From Nitrospirota bacterium (lineage in GTDB: Bacteria > Nitrospirota > UBA9217), in contig CAVWHO010000014.1 of assembly GCA_963754875.1 (NCBI GenBank), positions 32,001-96,000 of the forward strand: a stretch of 64,000 nucleotides of DNA. The letters are read 5' to 3'. The notes under the pieces were generated by a model. The model had not been told where the DNA came from, ran no database searches, and saw nothing but the letters and a program-made list of their open reading frames with translations. A program made the position numbers and the translations under genes. Within the stretch, counting starts at the first letter, position 1; every line of letters begins with the position of its first letter. Shown one piece after another: positions 43,208 to 52,943 of the stretch.

Positions 43208-44491
43208 ATGACATTAATTTATTTTCTCATCGTGATCGGTATCCTCGTGTTCGTGCACGAGTTCGGTCACTTTATCATGGCGAAGCGTGCAGGAGTCAGG
43301 GTCGAAAAATTCTCGCTCGGCATGGGCCCCAAGCTTTTCGGATACAAGAAAGGCGATACGGAGTACGTCATCTCCGCGTTGCCGCTCGGCGGGTACGTGA
43401 AGATGGCCGGTGAGAACCCCGACGAGGAGCCGACGGGCGCTGCAGACGAATTCCAGTCCAAGACCGTGTGGCAGCGCATGAAGATCGCGGCCACGGGACC
43501 GCTCACGAACATCGTCCTTGCATTCCTCATCATGCCGTTGGTGTTCATGGTCGGTACCTATTCGGAGGGACCGGCCAAGGTCGGCTACGTCGAGCCGGGT
43601 TCTCCGGCGGAGCGCTCCGGGTTCATGGCAGGCGATGTGATCGAGAAGATCAACGGCAGGAGCATCAGCGACTGGACCAAGGCGCTCTCGTTGATCGCCG
43701 TGAATCCCGATACGGACGTGGCGGTAGTGGTCGACCGGCAGGGGAAAAAAGAAACGCTGACGCTTCGGCCTGCGACGGCAACGGAACTCAAAATCGGCAT
43801 GTCGGGTCTGATACCGGACATGCCTGCGGAGATAGGCAAGTTGAAACCGGGGTTTCCGGCTGAAAAAGCGGGGATCGCCGTAAACGACAAGATCCTCGCC
43901 GTGGACGGCAAGACGATCTATCACTGGAACCAGTTCTCGGCCCTCGTACGGGACAGCAAGGGGAAAAAGCTGACGATCACCATCGAGCGGGGCGGCAAAC
44001 GAGTCGAAAAAGAGGTCACGCCCGTCGAGGACAGCGGCCGCTACGTGATCGGCGTCGAGCCGGTGTTCCGGCTGGTGTTTAAAAAGTACGGGTTCCTGGA
44101 ATCCATTCAACTCGGGTTTGACAAGACCCTCGAGTCGATCGACCTCACGTTCATCACCCTCAAGAAACTGGTGACCTTCGGCCTGTCTATCAAGACCCTC
44201 GGCGGTCCCGTGATGATCGCCCAAATGTCCGGCCAGGCTGCCGCAGCAGGACTGTCGGCGTTCCTCTCGCTCCTCGCTATGATCAGCATTTCGCTCGGCA
44301 TCCTGAACCTGCTGCCAATCCCGGTCCTCGACGGAGGGCTGATCCTGTTCCTCGTGATCGAGGCCATTCGTAAGAAGCCACTGAGCCGAAAGGTGATGGA
44401 AGTGTCGCAGAGCATCGGCGCCGGCCTCCTTATAACATTGATAGCAGTAGTGTCGTACAACGATGTGATGAGGATGTTTTTCAATAAGTAA
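43208..44491 (+). CDS. rseP: RIP metalloprotease RseP
   Basis: HEFGH, PLGGYVKM, two PDZ domains, NLLPIPVLDGG. Confidence 0.97.
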   Translation: MTLIYFLIVIGILVFVHEFGHFIMAKRAGVRVEKFSLGMGPKLFGYKKGDTEYVISALPLGGYVKMAGENPDEEPTGAADEFQSKTVWQRMKIAATGPLTNIVLAFLIMPLVFMVGTYSEGPAKVGYVEPGSPAERSGFMAGDVIEKINGRSISDWTKALSLIAVNPDTDVAVVVDRQGKKETLTLRPATATELKIGMSGLIPDMPAEIGKLKPGFPAEKAGIAVNDKILAVDGKTIYHWNQFSALVRDSKGKKLTITIERGGKRVEKEVTPVEDSGRYVIGVEPVFRLVFKKYGFLESIQLGFDKTLESIDLTFITLKKLVTFGLSIKTLGGPVMIAQMSGQAAAAGLSAFLSLLAMISISLGILNLLPIPVLDGGLILFLVIEAIRKKPLSRKVMEVSQSIGAGLLITLIAVVSYNDVMRMFFNK

Positions 44492-44499
44492 AAGTCATC

Positions 44500-44540
44500 A
44501 CCCCTCACCTCAATCCTCTCCCCGGAAGGGGAGAGGGAAG
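44500..44540. repeat. REP-like CCCCTCACC..CCTCTCCCC-GGAA-GGGGAGAGG element
   Basis: CCCCTCACCTCAATCCTCTCCCCGGAAGGGGAGAGGG hairpin in the rseP-ispG spacer. Confidence 0.6.
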
Positions 44541-44564
44541 GAGTCAGGGGGAACTCAGGCGAAC

Positions 44565-45645
44565 GTGGACAATCCTATCACCCGGAAAAAAACCAGACAA
44601 ATATCCCTCGGCTCTGTCAAGATCGGCGGCAACGCGCCTGTTGCGGTCCAGTCCATGTGCAATACCGACACCCGCGATCAGCAGGCGACGCTTGCCCAGA
44701 TCAAACAGCTCGAGCAGGCAGGGTGCGAGCTTGTCCGCCTCGCGGTCCCCGATGAAGCTGCAGCGAAGGCCATCAATAAAATCAAGAAAGGGACTGACCT
44801 TCCGCTGATCGCCGACATTCATTTCGACTACCGTTTGGCGCTCGAAGCAGTGAAACAGGGGATCGATGGACTCAGGATCAACCCCGGAAATATCGGCGGC
44901 AAGGATAAGGTCTGCCGAAGTGGTCCGGGCTTGCAGGGACAGGGGCATACCGGTCCGCATCGGCGTGAACGCGGGCTCGCTCGAAAAGCATCTCCTTGAA
45001 AAGTACGGGCACCCCACGCCCGAGGCCATTGTGGAGAGCGCCTTCGGCCACATCCGTATCCTCGAAGAGCTGAATTTTAAGGACATCAAAGTCTCGCTCA
45101 AGGCCTCCGACGTGATGACGACCGTCTCAGCCTATCGTTTGTTTTCGCAAAAGTCCGATTACCCGCTTCACATCGGCATCTCCGAAGCAGGCACGCTCTT
45201 CTCCGGAACGATCAAGTCGAGCGTGGGCCTCGGCATTCTCCTTGCCGAAGGCATCGGCGATACGATGCGCGTGTCGCTGACTGCGGACCCGGTCGAGGAA
45301 GTGCGGGTCGCTTACGAAATACTGAAATCACTGAAAATCAGGCAACGGGGCGTGAACATCATTTCCTGTCCCACTTGCGGCAGGACCGAGATCGATATCA
45401 TCGGTCTTGCCCGGGAAGTGGAGAAGCGCCTCGCTCATATCAAAGAGCCGATCACGGTCGCTGTTATGGGCTGCGTCGTGAACGGGCCCGGCGAGGCGCG
45501 CGAGGCGGACGTGGGCATCGCGGGCGGCAAAGGCGTTGGTCTCTTGTTCAAGCACGGTGACATCCTCAAAAAGTTCGATGAGAAGGAATTGGCAGATGTG
45601 CTGGTCCATGAAGTAGAAAAAATAATTGATGAGAAGAAGTCATGA
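44565..45645 (+). CDS. ispG: HMBPP synthase; frameshift ~44915
   Basis: [46 protein letters not shown]. Confidence 0.97.
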
Positions 45646-45722
45646 GCCGGTAGCCAGAGAGAGACTGTGCCGTTCTCCTGACTCCCGGATTCTGACTCCT
45701 GTCTTCTGCATAGGGAGGTTTC

Positions 45723-47414
45723 ATGCGCTTTTCCCGTTTGTTTATCCCCACCTTGAAAGAAGCGCCGGCCGAGGCCGAGGCCGTATCGCACAAGCTCATG
45801 GTGCGCGCCGGCTTCGTGCGGCAGCTCGCGGCAGGGCTCTATATTTACCTGCCGCTCGGCATCAGGGTGATGCAGAAGATCAACGAGATCATCCGAGAGG
45901 AGATGAACGCCATCGGCGGCCAGGAAGTGACCATGCCGGTCTTGAACCCGGCCGAAGTCTGGCAGCAAACGGGCAGGTGGGACGCCATCGGCGACGAGAT
46001 GTTCCGCCTGAAGGACCGTGGCGGCCGCGACATGTGCCTCGCCATGACCCATGAAGAGACGATGACCTGGCTTGCTGCCCACGATCTCCGCTCCTACCGC
46101 GACCTGCCGCAGGTCTGGTACCAGGTTCAGACGAAGCTTCGCGATGAAGCGCGGCCCAAGAGCGGCATCTTGCGCACGCGCGAGTTCACGATGAAGGATT
46201 CCTATAGTTTTGATCGTGACGACGAAGGACTCGATAAGTCTTACCAGCTCCATCTCGAAGCATACAAAAAGATCTACGCCCGGTGCGGCATCAGGTTCTA
46301 CGTTGTCCAGAGCGACACCGGCATGATGGGCGGCTCCATGGCCCACGAGTACATGGCCCCTTCCGCTGCAGGCGAAGACGATGTGGCGCTCTGCGACGGC
46401 TGCGGATATGCAGCGAATACGGAGCTGGCGCTGTCCGTGCCAAAAGCAGCTCAATTGCCAGATTGGGGTTTTGAAGAGGTGGCCACGCCGGAACGGCGGA
46501 CCATCGAAGAGGTGACCCGTTTTCTGAAGGTCGCGCCCGACCTTCTGCTGAAATCCATTCTCGTAATGAGCGACAAAGGCCCCGTCCTTGCCCTGGTGCG
46601 CGGGGACCAGACGCTGCATGAAAAGAAACTGGCAAAGCTCATCGGCCCGCACCGTCCGGCTCAGAAGGACGAGCTCAAGGCGGCCCTCGGTGTAGCTGCG
46701 GGCTTCATCGGCCCCATGGGCCACAAAATCAGGAAAATTGCAGACCGCGTTCTTCAGCAGGGGACGTACATCGCCGGAGCCAATAAAGAAGGATACCACG
46801 TGAAGGGTGTAAGCGCTGAAAAGCACTTTGCCGATGCCGAGTTCGCAGACATCCATACGGCAGCAGCGGGCGACGCCTGCGCTCAATGCGGCAAGGAGCT
46901 TCGGATCGAGCGGGTCATCGAGGTGGGGAATATCTTCAAGCTGGGGACCAAATACTCGGTACCGCTCAAGGCAAACTATCTCGACGAACAAGGCAATGAG
47001 AAGCCGATCATCATGGGCAGTTACGGCATCGGCCCGGCGCGCATCGCCGCCGCCGCCGTTGAACAGGGGAATGACGAGAACGGGATCATCTGGCCGCTCG
47101 CAATCGCGCCGTTCCAGATACTCCTCGTGCCGGTCAATGTGAAAGACGTGAAATCCATGGACGTCGCCGAAGAGATGTATACAGCCCTGGAAGAGAAGGG
47201 GTTCGAGGTGTTGATGGACGACCGGGACGAACGGGCCGGCGTCAAGTTCAAAGACGCCGACCTCATCGGGATTCCCTGGCGTATTATTATCGGCGAAAAA
47301 AATCTCAAAGAGAATAGGGTGGAGATCAAAGAACGCAAGACCGGCGCCGTGGAAAAGGTGAAGGTTGAAGAAGCAGTGGAGCAAATCGCGAAGAGGCTGG
47401 TTTTGGAAATATAA
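45723..47414 (+). CDS. proS: proline--tRNA ligase (with editing insertion)
   Basis: AVSHKLMVRAG, THEE, RDEARP, EVGNIFKLGTKYS, MGSYGIG, DADLIGIP. Confidence 0.98.
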   Translation: MRFSRLFIPTLKEAPAEAEAVSHKLMVRAGFVRQLAAGLYIYLPLGIRVMQKINEIIREEMNAIGGQEVTMPVLNPAEVWQQTGRWDAIGDEMFRLKDRGGRDMCLAMTHEETMTWLAAHDLRSYRDLPQVWYQVQTKLRDEARPKSGILRTREFTMKDSYSFDRDDEGLDKSYQLHLEAYKKIYARCGIRFYVVQSDTGMMGGSMAHEYMAPSAAGEDDVALCDGCGYAANTELALSVPKAAQLPDWGFEEVATPERRTIEEVTRFLKVAPDLLLKSILVMSDKGPVLALVRGDQTLHEKKLAKLIGPHRPAQKDELKAALGVAAGFIGPMGHKIRKIADRVLQQGTYIAGANKEGYHVKGVSAEKHFADAEFADIHTAAAGDACAQCGKELRIERVIEVGNIFKLGTKYSVPLKANYLDEQGNEKPIIMGSYGIGPARIAAAAVEQGNDENGIIWPLAIAPFQILLVPVNVKDVKSMDVAEEMYTALEEKGFEVLMDDRDERAGVKFKDADLIGIPWRIIIGEKNLKENRVEIKERKTGAVEKVKVEEAVEQIAKRLVLEI

Positions 47415-47610
47415 TGACAATGAATCCCGCGACTTGCAATCCCCCGGCTCCCGCCGGGGGTTCGCGCCGTAGGCCGCCGGGAGGTCGCGTTATTCAGGGG
47501 AGCCTCCGGCTCCTGCCGGAGGGGGCTCCACTAGTTCAGGGCCTGCGTTTTGGGAACCTGGACCTTTTTTCTTCACATCGTTACACTTTCCGTTGACGGG
47601 AGGCTCCTGA

Positions 47611-47850
47611 TTGGAAATGGAAATAGAGCAGATCAAGACGATCGTCGCCGAGATGAGCCGGCAATACCGGGCAAAGGACGGTCAAGTGACTTTTGCAGGA
47701 GTCGATGGAGGCACGGTCAAGATCGCTCCTGCAGGTTTCTGCTGGCGTTGACATATTACACGAATGGCCCTGGTCCGGGGCTTGCAAAGCAAACTTAAAG
47801 CGGAATTTCCCTGGGTTGAACAGGTCATTGTAATCAAGCCGCAGCAGTGA
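47611..47850 (+). CDS. Nfu/NifU-C-like selenoprotein with CxxU motif (absent from the ORF track)
   Basis: GGGAGG RBS, TTG 47611/ATG 47617; MEIEQIKTIVAEMSRQYRAKDGQVTFAGVDGGTVKIAPAGFCWR-U(47749)-HITRMALVRGLQSKLKAEFPWVEQVIVIKPQQ; Nfu pattern continues after the TGA. Confidence 0.8.
47767..47781 (+). promoter_or_regulatory. candidate SECIS hairpin
   Basis: GCCCUG-GUC-CGGGGC; G-U-starting loop 21 nt after the UGA. Confidence 0.65.
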
Positions 47851-47934
47851 ATATGTGGCCAAAAATAAGCTTGAATTCCGCCGCTGATGAGCCTATAATC
47901 GCGGCTTATAAGGATTTCCGGGAGGTATCGTTCT

Positions 47935-48162
47935 GTGGAAGAAATCGTAAAGCTTGAGCTGACGCCGCAGCAGATGGCGGAAATAAAAAAACAGATCGGT
48001 TTTGAGCTTCGCGAAATTTACCTGACGAAGCGGTCGTTGAACAAACTGCGTGTTTTCCGGCTTCGTCTCAGCGAGGAGCAACAACTGGTCCTTGAGGAGA
48101 AGCTCGGCCAAAAAGTACGGGAACTTACCGTAACGCGCTCGGTCGCAACAAGGATCTTGTGA
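47935..48162 (+). CDS. hypothetical 75-aa protein with an internal duplication
   Basis: GGAGGT RBS, GTG start; LELTPQQMAEIKKQIGFELREIYLT / LRLSEEQQLVLEEKLGQKVRELTVT. Confidence 0.7.
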   Translation: MEEIVKLELTPQQMAEIKKQIGFELREIYLTKRSLNKLRVFRLRLSEEQQLVLEEKLGQKVRELTVTRSVATRIL

Positions 48163-48279
48163 TGTCCTATTTTCTTCAAGGAGTTTTAATCAACGGCATT
48201 GAAAGCAGGGTGTTTTTCCCCCAGGGGCACGTCCCCGTATTTTATTAATTGACGTCTATCCGAAAGGAGGTGAACCTTC

Positions 48280-48468
48280 TTGAAAAAAATTTTTGCACTC
48301 ATATTGGCCCTCGTATTCGTTGTGGCCGTTGCTCTGGTCGGCTGCGAGAAGAAACAGCAGCCTGCACCGCCGCCTGCTCAGCCTGCCGTAACTCAGCCGC
48401 CTGCTCCCCCAGCGCCGGCCCCGGCCCCGGCACCGGCTCCTGAACCGGCGAAGCCGGCAAAAAAGTAG
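48280..48468 (+). CDS. small Pro/Ala-rich lipoprotein
   Basis: AAGGAGGTGA RBS, TTG start, lipobox LVGC, PAPAPA tail ending KPAKK. Confidence 0.85.
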   Translation: MKKIFALILALVFVVAVALVGCEKKQQPAPPPAQPAVTQPPAPPAPAPAPAPAPEPAKPAKK

Positions 48469-48501
48469 TTTCGAATGTCATGAATTCTAGAAATGGAAGA
48501 T

Positions 48502-48528
48502 CGGCCCCCCATCTGCGGGGGCCTTTTA
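48502..48528 (+). terminator. rho-independent terminator
   Basis: GGCCCCC..GGGGGCC followed by TTTT. Confidence 0.75.
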
Positions 48529-48698
48529 TATTTAACTGGGCATACAGAAGAGTATGGCCACGCGCATTTATTTCCGTGTATAATAGCTAAAGTCTAAGAT
48601 TTTTTGTGACGAGCTTTTCGAAGGATGAATGGTCCAAACCGCGGATCCTCCGCGTCAACGGGTCAGATTGTGAGACAGCAAACTCGAACGGGTCCCTT

Positions 48699-50495
48699 AT
48701 GACGAAATTGACGGCCGATCTTCTCTGCGATATCCTGATCAAAGCGGAAAAACTGAACCCCGAACAGGCCAGAGAGATCAAAGTAAAACAGGACGTTCAG
48801 CGAATGAAACTGCTCAAGGCCAGGGGAGAGACCTTGAACCGGGGGAGGATGCACCTTGAGGACGAAGTATCAGCCATCGAGGTCGCTGCATCACTGAACC
48901 TGGAAATTCCCGGCGCGCCCGGGCAGATACTGACCGAGGACCTCATTACCGAACTCGTCGCGCACCACGCCGGCCTGCCGTTTAAAAAGATAGACCCCCT
49001 TAAGCTCAATCCCGAGGTCATCACGCAAATCCTGTCGCGGGCCTTTGCACGCAGAAGCATTTCCGTGCCGATCGAGCGCGAAGACGACAGCCTAACGCTT
49101 GCCGTGGCGGACCCGTATAATATCGAAGTCATCGAGAACATTGAACGCATGGGCTACAAGGTCAAGCGCATCGTTTCCCCCAAAACCGATATTCTCAAGA
49201 TCATCACCGAGTTCTACGGGTTCCGGTCATCGGTCGCCGCTGCAGCGAAGGAAATGTCCTCCTCCGTCGATCTGGGCAACCTGGAACAGTTCGTCAAAAT
49301 GAAGTCCGTGTCCGAAATCGAAGCCACGGACAAACATGTCGTCAACGCCGTAGAGTTCCTGTTCCGATATGCCTTTGATCAGCGCGCCAGCGACATTCAC
49401 ATCGAGCCAAAACGCGATGCAAGCGAAGTCCGCCTCAGGATCGACGGCATGCTCACTACGATCAACAGGATCCCCAAGGTGGTCCACCCTGCCTTCGTTG
49501 CCCGCATCAAGATGCTCTCGCGCATGGATATCGCCGAAAAACGGCGGCCCCAGGACGGCAGGATCAAGACCGAATACAAGTCGCGGGAAGTCGAGCTCCG
49601 GGTCTCCTCGATGCCGACCGCCTTTGGCGAGAAAATCGTGCTCAGGATTTTCGATCCCGATATCCTTCTCCAGGACCTGGAAGAAATCGGCTTCGCACCG
49701 CGTGAGTACGAGCTGTTCCGTTCGTTTATCGCCCGGCCCCACGGCATCATCCTCGTGACTGGCCCGACGGGCAGCGGGAAAACGACGACGCTCTACTCTG
49801 CGCTCAAGACCGTCGCCACGCCCGAGGTGAACGTGGTGACGATCGAAGACCCCATCGAAATGGTGCACGACAAATTCAACCAGGTGAGCGTCCAGCCGCA
49901 GATCGGCGTCACCTTCGGCAGCACGCTCCGCACGATCCTGCGTCAGGACCCGGACATCATCATGGTCGGCGAGATCCGCGACCTCGAGACCGCCGAGAAC
50001 GCCGTCCAGGCTGCACTTACTGGCCATCTGGTGTTTTCGACGCTCCATACAAACGATGCGGCGAGCACGATCACGCGGCTCCTCGACCTCGGTATCCCGT
50101 CGTATCTTATTTCATCCACCATCATCGGCGTGATGGCCCAGCGGCTGGTCAGAAAGATCTGCAGGCATTGTGAAAAGTCCTATGAACTGCTCCCCGAGGA
50201 AGCGCAGGCCGTGGGACTCGCATCGGACAAGGACGAAAAAATCATCGTGAAGTACGGAGAGGGATGTCCCCAATGCAGGGGCACGGGATACCTCGGCCGC
50301 ACGGGCATCTTTGAGGTCATGGAATTGAACGACAGGATCAGGGCAATTATCCGCGATAAAGCAGATGTCGAGCTCATCAGAAAAGCGGCGGTTGCCGACG
50401 GCATGGTCGTGCTCCGCGAAGCCGCGGTGCAGAAAATGCTAAAAGGCGAGACGACCCTGGATGAGGTCATCCGGGTAACGGGGGAGAAGATTTGA
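48699..50495 (+). CDS. GspE/PulE/PilB-family secretion ATPase
   Basis: ASDIHIEP, RRPQDGR, TGPTGSGKTTT, TIEDPIE, LRQDPD, STLHTND, CRHC/CPQC. Confidence 0.95.
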   Translation: MTKLTADLLCDILIKAEKLNPEQAREIKVKQDVQRMKLLKARGETLNRGRMHLEDEVSAIEVAASLNLEIPGAPGQILTEDLITELVAHHAGLPFKKIDPLKLNPEVITQILSRAFARRSISVPIEREDDSLTLAVADPYNIEVIENIERMGYKVKRIVSPKTDILKIITEFYGFRSSVAAAAKEMSSSVDLGNLEQFVKMKSVSEIEATDKHVVNAVEFLFRYAFDQRASDIHIEPKRDASEVRLRIDGMLTTINRIPKVVHPAFVARIKMLSRMDIAEKRRPQDGRIKTEYKSREVELRVSSMPTAFGEKIVLRIFDPDILLQDLEEIGFAPREYELFRSFIARPHGIILVTGPTGSGKTTTLYSALKTVATPEVNVVTIEDPIEMVHDKFNQVSVQPQIGVTFGSTLRTILRQDPDIIMVGEIRDLETAENAVQAALTGHLVFSTLHTNDAASTITRLLDLGIPSYLISSTIIGVMAQRLVRKICRHCEKSYELLPEEAQAVGLASDKDEKIIVKYGEGCPQCRGTGYLGRTGIFEVMELNDRIRAIIRDKADVELIRKAAVADGMVVLREAAVQKMLKGETTLDEVIRVTGEKI

Positions 50496-50550
50496 TTTTG
50501 GATTTTGGGACTGCGGGGGGAGCATCTGCAATCGTAAATTCGCGATCACC

Positions 50551-51840
50551 ATGCTAAATATGACTTCGATCATCGCTTTTATATCCGTTTTCTGGGCGCC
50601 TGCTACTGGCTGTGGGCGCAAGCATCCTCGTTGCCGCTTTTTTTGCCGCAGCCGAAACAGCCATCGTGTATTCGAACAAGGGGCATCTTCACGAACTGGC
50701 CGAAGCAGGAAACAAGCAGGCGAAGGTTGCCCTCATACTGGTGCAGGAGCGCGATCGCCTGCATTCCGCGCTGCTCTTGGCGGAAAATTTTCTGATCGTT
50801 CTTGCCGCAGTCATCACGATGGTCATTATCGGCAAGCCTGTTCACGGAGGTCCTTCTTGCTGCGGCATTCACGGTGCTTATCGTGACCGTTCTCGTCGTG
50901 TTCTTTGCAAAGCTGGCCCCGAAGGGAATCGCCTGCAGAAACCCCGACCGGATTCGCTCTGTCCGTCGCTTCTCCTCTGCACATGATCATGAACGTCCTG
51001 ACGCCTGTCTCCCGGCTGCTGACGGGCACGGCCGACCTGGTCGTCGGCCCGGGGCCGGAAGGCGCGTCCTGCTCCACGGTGGTCACCGAGGAAGACATCA
51101 AGGCCATGATCAACCTGGGTGAAGAGCGCGGCTCGCTGAAAGAGGAAGAAAAGGAATTGCTCCACAAAGTGTTCGAATTCGGCGATACGCTGGCATCGGA
51201 AGCAATGAGGCCCCGGACCGAGATCGTCAGCGTGCCCTCGAATGCGGCGCTACGGGAAGTGTTCGCCCTCGTATCGGAGTTCGGATATTCACGCTATCCC
51301 GTTATCGAAGATACGGTGGACACGGTCATCGGCATCCTGTATATCAAGGACATTCTCGTTGCCATGGCGTCGGGAGATGTGAAGCGCGAGGCGAGCATCC
51401 AGCAGTTCATCAGGCCGGCTTACTTTATTCCTGAAAACAAGCGGGTGAGCGAGCTCCTGTCCGAAATGCAGCGGGAGCGGTTCCAACTCGCCATTGTCAT
51501 CGATGAATACGGCGGCACGGCGGGACTGGTGACCCTCGAAGACCTGATCGAGGAGATCGTCGGCAGCATTCACGACGAATTGGAATCCGAGGAAAAGGAC
51601 GTCCAGATCGTTGACGAGAAGAACTTCGTGGTCTCGGGCCAGTCCCCGCTCGACGAGGTGAACGAGCTGCTCGACTCGAACCTCCAGTCAACGGACTTCA
51701 ATACGCTCGGCGGCTTTGTGTTCGGACTCTTTGGCAGGATGCCGAAAGTCGGCGAACAATTACGGTACCGGCACCTGAAGCTGGAGGTCCTGGAGCTCGA
51801 CGGGAGAAAGATCAGTAAGGTGAAGATAACGAAACTTTAG
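50551..51840 (+). CDS. CNNM/hemolysin-family (DUF21-CBS-CorC) protein; frameshifts ~50600, ~50840, ~50950
   Basis: FFAAAETA, LAPK, MRPRTEI, YSRYPV, IDEYGGTAGLVTLEDLIEEIVG, TLGGFV. Confidence 0.92.
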
Positions 51841-52019
51841 GATGGCCACGGAAACACTTAGTCACGGAGAAAGTCGAAGAAGAGTTATGAGACCCCAGCA
51901 GGGCGGCGTGTTTGCATTGCTTTACTTGAAGTTGTGTTTCTCCGATCTCATGAGAAGTTTTCTGTGTCCCCGTGCATCCGTGGTTAAGATCGCTGGAATA
52001 TAATAGTGGAGGTGTTATT

Positions 52020-52943
52020 GTGCGGAAGAAAGTGACGGTTGTTGGTGCGGGCAATGTGGGGGCGACATTGGTGCAGCGTATCGCCGAGGCCCAGCTCGCG
52101 GACGTGGTGATGGTCGACGTTGTCGAAGGCGTGCCGCAAGGCAAGGGTCTCGATCTTCTGGAGGCGGGTCCAGTCCTCGGCTATGATTCGATGATCACCG
52201 GGGCAAATAGCTATGACGAAACTGCGGGATCGGACATCATCGTGATTACGGCCGGTCTGGCGCGAAAACCAGGCATGAGCCGCGATGACCTCCTTGCTAT
52301 GAACGGGAAAATAGTAAAGACTGTCGCTGAAGAGACTTCGCGCAGGTCACCGAAGGCGGTCATGATCGTGGTCACGAACCCCATGGACGTGATGGCCTTC
52401 GTGGCAATGAAAGCGAGCGGGTTCCCCAGGGAACGGGTCATCGGCATGGGAGGCGTGCTCGATTCCGCGCGGTTCCGGACATTCATCGCCAGGGAACTCA
52501 ACGTGTCGGTGGAAAATACCCATGCTTTCGTGCTCGGCGGTCATGGCGATTCCATGGTCCCTCTGCCGCGCTACTCGACCGTGGCCGGCATCCCGATCAC
52601 CGAACTGATGAGCAAGGCGACCATTGATAAACTGGTGGACCGCACAAAGAACGGGGGCGCCGAGATTGTTGCACTCCTCAAAACCGGCAGCGCCTATTAC
52701 GCTCCGTCGGCGTCCACCCTCGAAATGGTCGAAGCCGTCCTGCGGGACAAAAAGAAGATCCTTCCCTGCTCCGTGTATCTCGACGGCGAGTACGGCGTCA
52801 AAGGAGCGTATGCGGGAGTGCCGGTGAAGCTCGGAGCGAAGGGCGTGGAGCAGGTCGTCGAAATCAAACTGAGCGCCGATGAAAATACGGCCTTCATGAA
52901 GTCAGTTGAGGCGGTGAGATCGGGATGCGCGAAATTCACGTAG
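52020..52943 (+). CDS. mdh: malate dehydrogenase (LDH-like)
   Basis: [42 protein letters not shown] start with GGAGG RBS. Confidence 0.96.
   Translation: MRKKVTVVGAGNVGATLVQRIAEAQLADVVMVDVVEGVPQGKGLDLLEAGPVLGYDSMITGANSYDETAGSDIIVITAGLARKPGMSRDDLLAMNGKIVKTVAEETSRRSPKAVMIVVTNPMDVMAFVAMKASGFPRERVIGMGGVLDSARFRTFIARELNVSVENTHAFVLGGHGDSMVPLPRYSTVAGIPITELMSKATIDKLVDRTKNGGAEIVALLKTGSAYYAPSASTLEMVEAVLRDKKKILPCSVYLDGEYGVKGAYAGVPVKLGAKGVEQVVEIKLSADENTAFMKSVEAVRSGCAKFT

Noticed and set aside
40146..45645. Pseudogenes or programmed frameshifts in uppS and ispG
   Set aside because: No slippery-site pattern; indels are window-wide, so sequencing error is more parsimonious.
45435..47420. 661-aa minus-strand ORF
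   Set aside because: Antisense shadow of proS/ispG.
47550..47862. Track ORFs 47550-47798 (+) and 47581-47862 (-)
   Set aside because: Alternative frames of the Nfu-like UGA-containing gene, which has the RBS and the family motif.
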